Shown: positions 60,739 through 64,000 of the stretch, in pieces
Layout: each line of letters opens with the position of its first letter
Position numbering within the stretch: the first letter of the stretch is position 1
Assembly: GCF_963853765.1 (NCBI RefSeq)
Contig: NC_088861.1
Span: 15,438,001 to 15,502,000, forward strand
DNA from: Magallana gigas
Lineage: Eukaryota
DNA length: 64,000 bases
Reading direction: 5' to 3'
The notes under the pieces: generated by a model
The model's input: the letters and a program-made list of their open reading frames with translations, nothing else
Told to the model about the DNA's origin: nothing
Database searches by the model: none
Program-made: the position numbers and the translations under genes

Positions 60739-62830
60739 TTAATGTTGTCCTCATGCTTTCAGTTTTCGTTTTAAACGGTTAGAGTTCGTTTCAAAATATC
60801 GTCGATTTTCCCACTTGGTGAGAGCAATGTTTACGGAAGTAGCTCGCTAGACTTTATCGGCCGGCATAATAATAGACCCCCGTAGAATTATGACCGGGGG
60901 TCGAGATACTTCCGTGCTGTTATAGGATCCTATAGGAGCCACCGTAAGATATAAACAAAATGTACCGAAGTATAATTCTCATCACAACGAGTAACCTTCA
61001 TCTCATTTTTTTTAATGAAAACACTTTGAAATGTCTTCAAGATACACTAGTCACTATATAATGAAATTATGTTATTTGCGATGATATACTCTATATAGGT
61101 CATGAATTATGATTGCACTTACGTAATACATGATTTCCTCTACAAATAACTCGATATGTAAGTGTAGCACCAATTATAACAATGTAATTATTAAACTGTT
61201 AGGAATTATTTCTCGAATGATCAATCTATCTATATATCTATCTTAAATGTAAGCTCTAAAATACCATTTCCGTTTCACTTAAAAAAATGCATGAAAAATT
61301 CACTGAAAATAATTCAAAACTGACATTGGTCTCTGTTTTGTGATATCACATTTCAAAGAAAAGATTTTGAAGAGGGCCTAATGGTCATTGCCAATTTTAG
61401 ACTGTAAATCTGCTTTAAAAAATATTTGCATAAAAATATAGGAATTAAACTGATAAATTTTAAAGCTATTTGTTTTAGTTATTCCTTTTATTGATGTTAG
61501 TATGTGTACATAGATGTCTAATAAAAAAATCGCCCCTAAAATGACGCGTCTGGTTATCAAAATTCTTTTTATGATCAATTCATGTATATCTTCCTCTTTA
61601 ATCTTACATGTCCCCTGTGGACACTCTAATTAACTTCAATTTAGGGACGCTTGGTGGTCCACACGTTAACCATTAGATCTACTTTTTGTTTTTTAAGCTT
61701 AAAACTCACATCTAGGAAAGAAAATTCGTTAAATTTTAGCTTTTGAATTTAAGTATTTTACTTAATCTTTATTCAGAGCTCTACTTCTAAACAAGATCAA
61801 TACAGTCTAAAAAAAAAAAAAGACCACGAAAAGTCAGCCCTCTTAAAGTAATGATAACCCGCGTTATACGGAAGAACATAACGATATTTTTCTAACACGG
61901 AAATTGATTGTTAATAAATAAATTTTACGTTTTAGGATTTATAAGCAAATACGTTACACGTACATTGTAAAATATATGCCCGACTCAATAAATCAGTACA
62001 TATCACTATTATTATAGCAAAAAGAAAGCATTTACCACGTTTTATTAAAATTAAATACAACTGGAGTCGGCTACAAGGAAAATATATACAATTATATCAT
62101 TCTTTAAGGTGAATTGTATTAACGCAATTGGTAGCCATGTGTATACTGTCTTGGGTAATGGTAATAAAAAAGTGCATCATAGTCGATCATTCTCTTGTGA
62201 CAGGAAGTATTTTATATGTGGGGTTTTTTTTTTCGGAAGTATCTCATGGAACCACGCAACTATACACGTTCACTCTGTTTCATAGTGTATTATTACATGT
62301 AACCATACATAAATTCTGAGTTGTATATCTTATTGTCATATATTTATCGGATATTTCTCCTTTGAAACGTTCCCTCTTGTTTGTCATGTGTCTATGTATT
62401 GCAAAACTGTCTACGGGGATTTTGCATTGCAAACGACATGAGAGTACCCCGGATGATAATGTTAACGTTGCATTGCGCGAGGTGATCCGAGTTCTTCTGA
62501 ATGGAGAAAAGATGTGGATTGTTCATACTATAAATTTCCGTAGAAAATCTGTTTTGATCCTGTCAATTACTCCGGGTCAAAAGAATTGTGTAAATAAAGA
62601 AATTTTAGGTAGTTTCTCTCATTGGTTTTAATTGATCATGTACTTTTTTGACAAGTATATAAATTATATGTATTACGGTTGAAACTATCAAAAGATAAAA
62701 AGTGTAACCTGGGAAAGATTCATGAGCAGCAATAAACGATCGGTATGGGTTCATTTATTACTAAGTGTAGAATTCCTTAACAGGGTTTTTAAAAAAGATT
62801 TTTATTCCTGATATGAAAAATTTATACAGA

Positions 62831-62920
62831 ATGAACAGGTTTATCTTTGCCTTTGCAGTCAGTGCTTTCATAAAAAATATGTTCAAATCAAAACCAGTGC
62901 TTTCATTACATCATCAATGG
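62831..62920 (+). pseudogene. A/D-type leader exon disrupted by a 35-nt insertion
   Basis: MNRFIFAFAVSAFI..TSSMG|gtaagt is homologous to gene D exon 1. The insertion changes the exon from 55 nt (phase 1) to 90 nt (phase 0). Confidence 0.7.
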
Positions 62921-63493
62921 GTAAGTTATTTGCCTACATGTTTTTGTAACAACAGAAGTAGCAACATTTTATGCTTAACCTTTTTAAACACATGTTGTTC
63001 CTTATGTTATTTTTTTGTTAAAGGCACATCAACGCGTATTACAATTAATTTCTATCGTGTTATGTAATCTTAAAGTATTGTCACGTACTATTAAAGGTAT
63101 ATGTGGCGCATTTTTTCATGCTAAGAAATATTTGATTTATTTATTTAAATATGTTATATAAAGATAGATCTTCACAATAAATTACGCAGTTTATATCAGT
63201 CGGGTTAACAAGATACAGAAATAAATAAAAAAAAATTAAAATTATTGTGGAGTTAAAAAAAATACAACATTTGAAAAAAAAACTTTGCCTTAAATCGGTC
63301 ACGTGAAAACACGCTCAGTCTATCACAACAACAATGGCGACGAAGAGAAAGATAGGTACATGTATATCGTTAAGGTTGACAGATTTTGCAAAGAAAGAAA
63401 AAAGAGACAGAGTGACAAGGATAAAAACAAGTAACACTGTTAATATGAAAAAAATTCAACTTCCTGGTCTGTGTGATTTGATTCAGGGTAGAA

Positions 63494-63550
63494 AAGAAAG
63501 GTTCATTTTGTGTGATTGTCGGTATGTTTTTGTAACAACAAATGATAAGT
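63494..63550 (+). pseudogene. Dead B/E-type leader exon (ATG>AAG, indels, donor gt>at)
   Basis: aagaaaggttcattttgtgtgattgtcggtatgtttttgtaacaacaaatgataagt aligns with 59901-59961. Confidence 0.7.
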
Positions 63551-64000
63551 TGATTATACATGTTAAGAACTGAATAGTAGAATTGATAGTTCTTCTACTG
63601 CGACAGATTTTTTATCACCCGACGTGTTTTCACTTTTTTTAGAAAAAAATACTATGGTGGCTGCTATAGGATCCTACAGCAGCCACCGTAAGATATTGAC
63701 AAAAGGTACCGACGTATAATTTTCATCACAACAAGTTACATTCATCTCAGTATTACGAGCGATAACAAGTCACTGTATACATGTAATGAAATTTGTTAAC
63801 TTGCGAAGACATATATACTCATACAAATGTAGTACCGATCAGACCAAACCTAACACCAGAGTAAACCCCAACTAAACCCTGGGTTTACTTTCTGGGTTTA
63901 CTTTGGGTTTACTTTTTGAAAATTTGGGCCCATTCGGGGTTTAGTTTGGGTTTACTCGGGGATTACTTTGGGTTTACTCGAGAATTGCTTGAGTCAACTA

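Noticed and set aside
62362-62631. 89-aa ORF with a signal-peptide-like start
   Set aside because: It has a TTG start, and the duplicate copy at ~43460-43730 has stops and indels, so coding potential is not conserved.

Overview
Eukaryotic, strongly AT-rich, intron- and transposon-rich genomic DNA. The repeat families suggest a bivalve mollusc, probably an oyster (inference). There is one scaffold gap (Ns at 48734-48880). Positions 604-6118 (- strand) hold a Ty3/Gypsy LTR retrotransposon with an intact gag and a clear -1 frameshift signal; its pol is broken by a 2-nt insertion and a nonsense codon. From 10.6 kb onward, a head-to-tail (+ strand) array of at least four six-exon paralogous genes (A-D) can be rebuilt by hand from GT-AG splice sites with consistent phases. 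The ORF track shows only fragments of them. Each gene encodes a signal peptide, an 18-nt Cys micro-exon, a ~110-aa Cys-rich non-Ig domain (8 conserved Cys in total), a Ser/Thr stalk, one TM helix and a tyrosine-motif tail. Genes A and D carry an ITAM-like tail, and each has one premature TGA. Genes B and C are intact and carry NPxY, YDVP and ITIM/ITSM tails. This looks like an invertebrate paired activating/inhibitory receptor cluster undergoing birth-and-death evolution. Further traces include an orphan ITAM exon, several extra leader exons and the start of a fifth gene. The introns and intergenic DNA contain a Penelope-like RT fragment, a near full-length mariner element, an ISL2EU/Harbinger-like relic with a nested 9-bp-TSD MITE, a Kolobok MITE, Helentron-like (HINE) repeats and small TA-MITEs. 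No rRNA, tRNA or CRISPR features were seen. All coordinates and alignments were read by hand and need computational confirmation.
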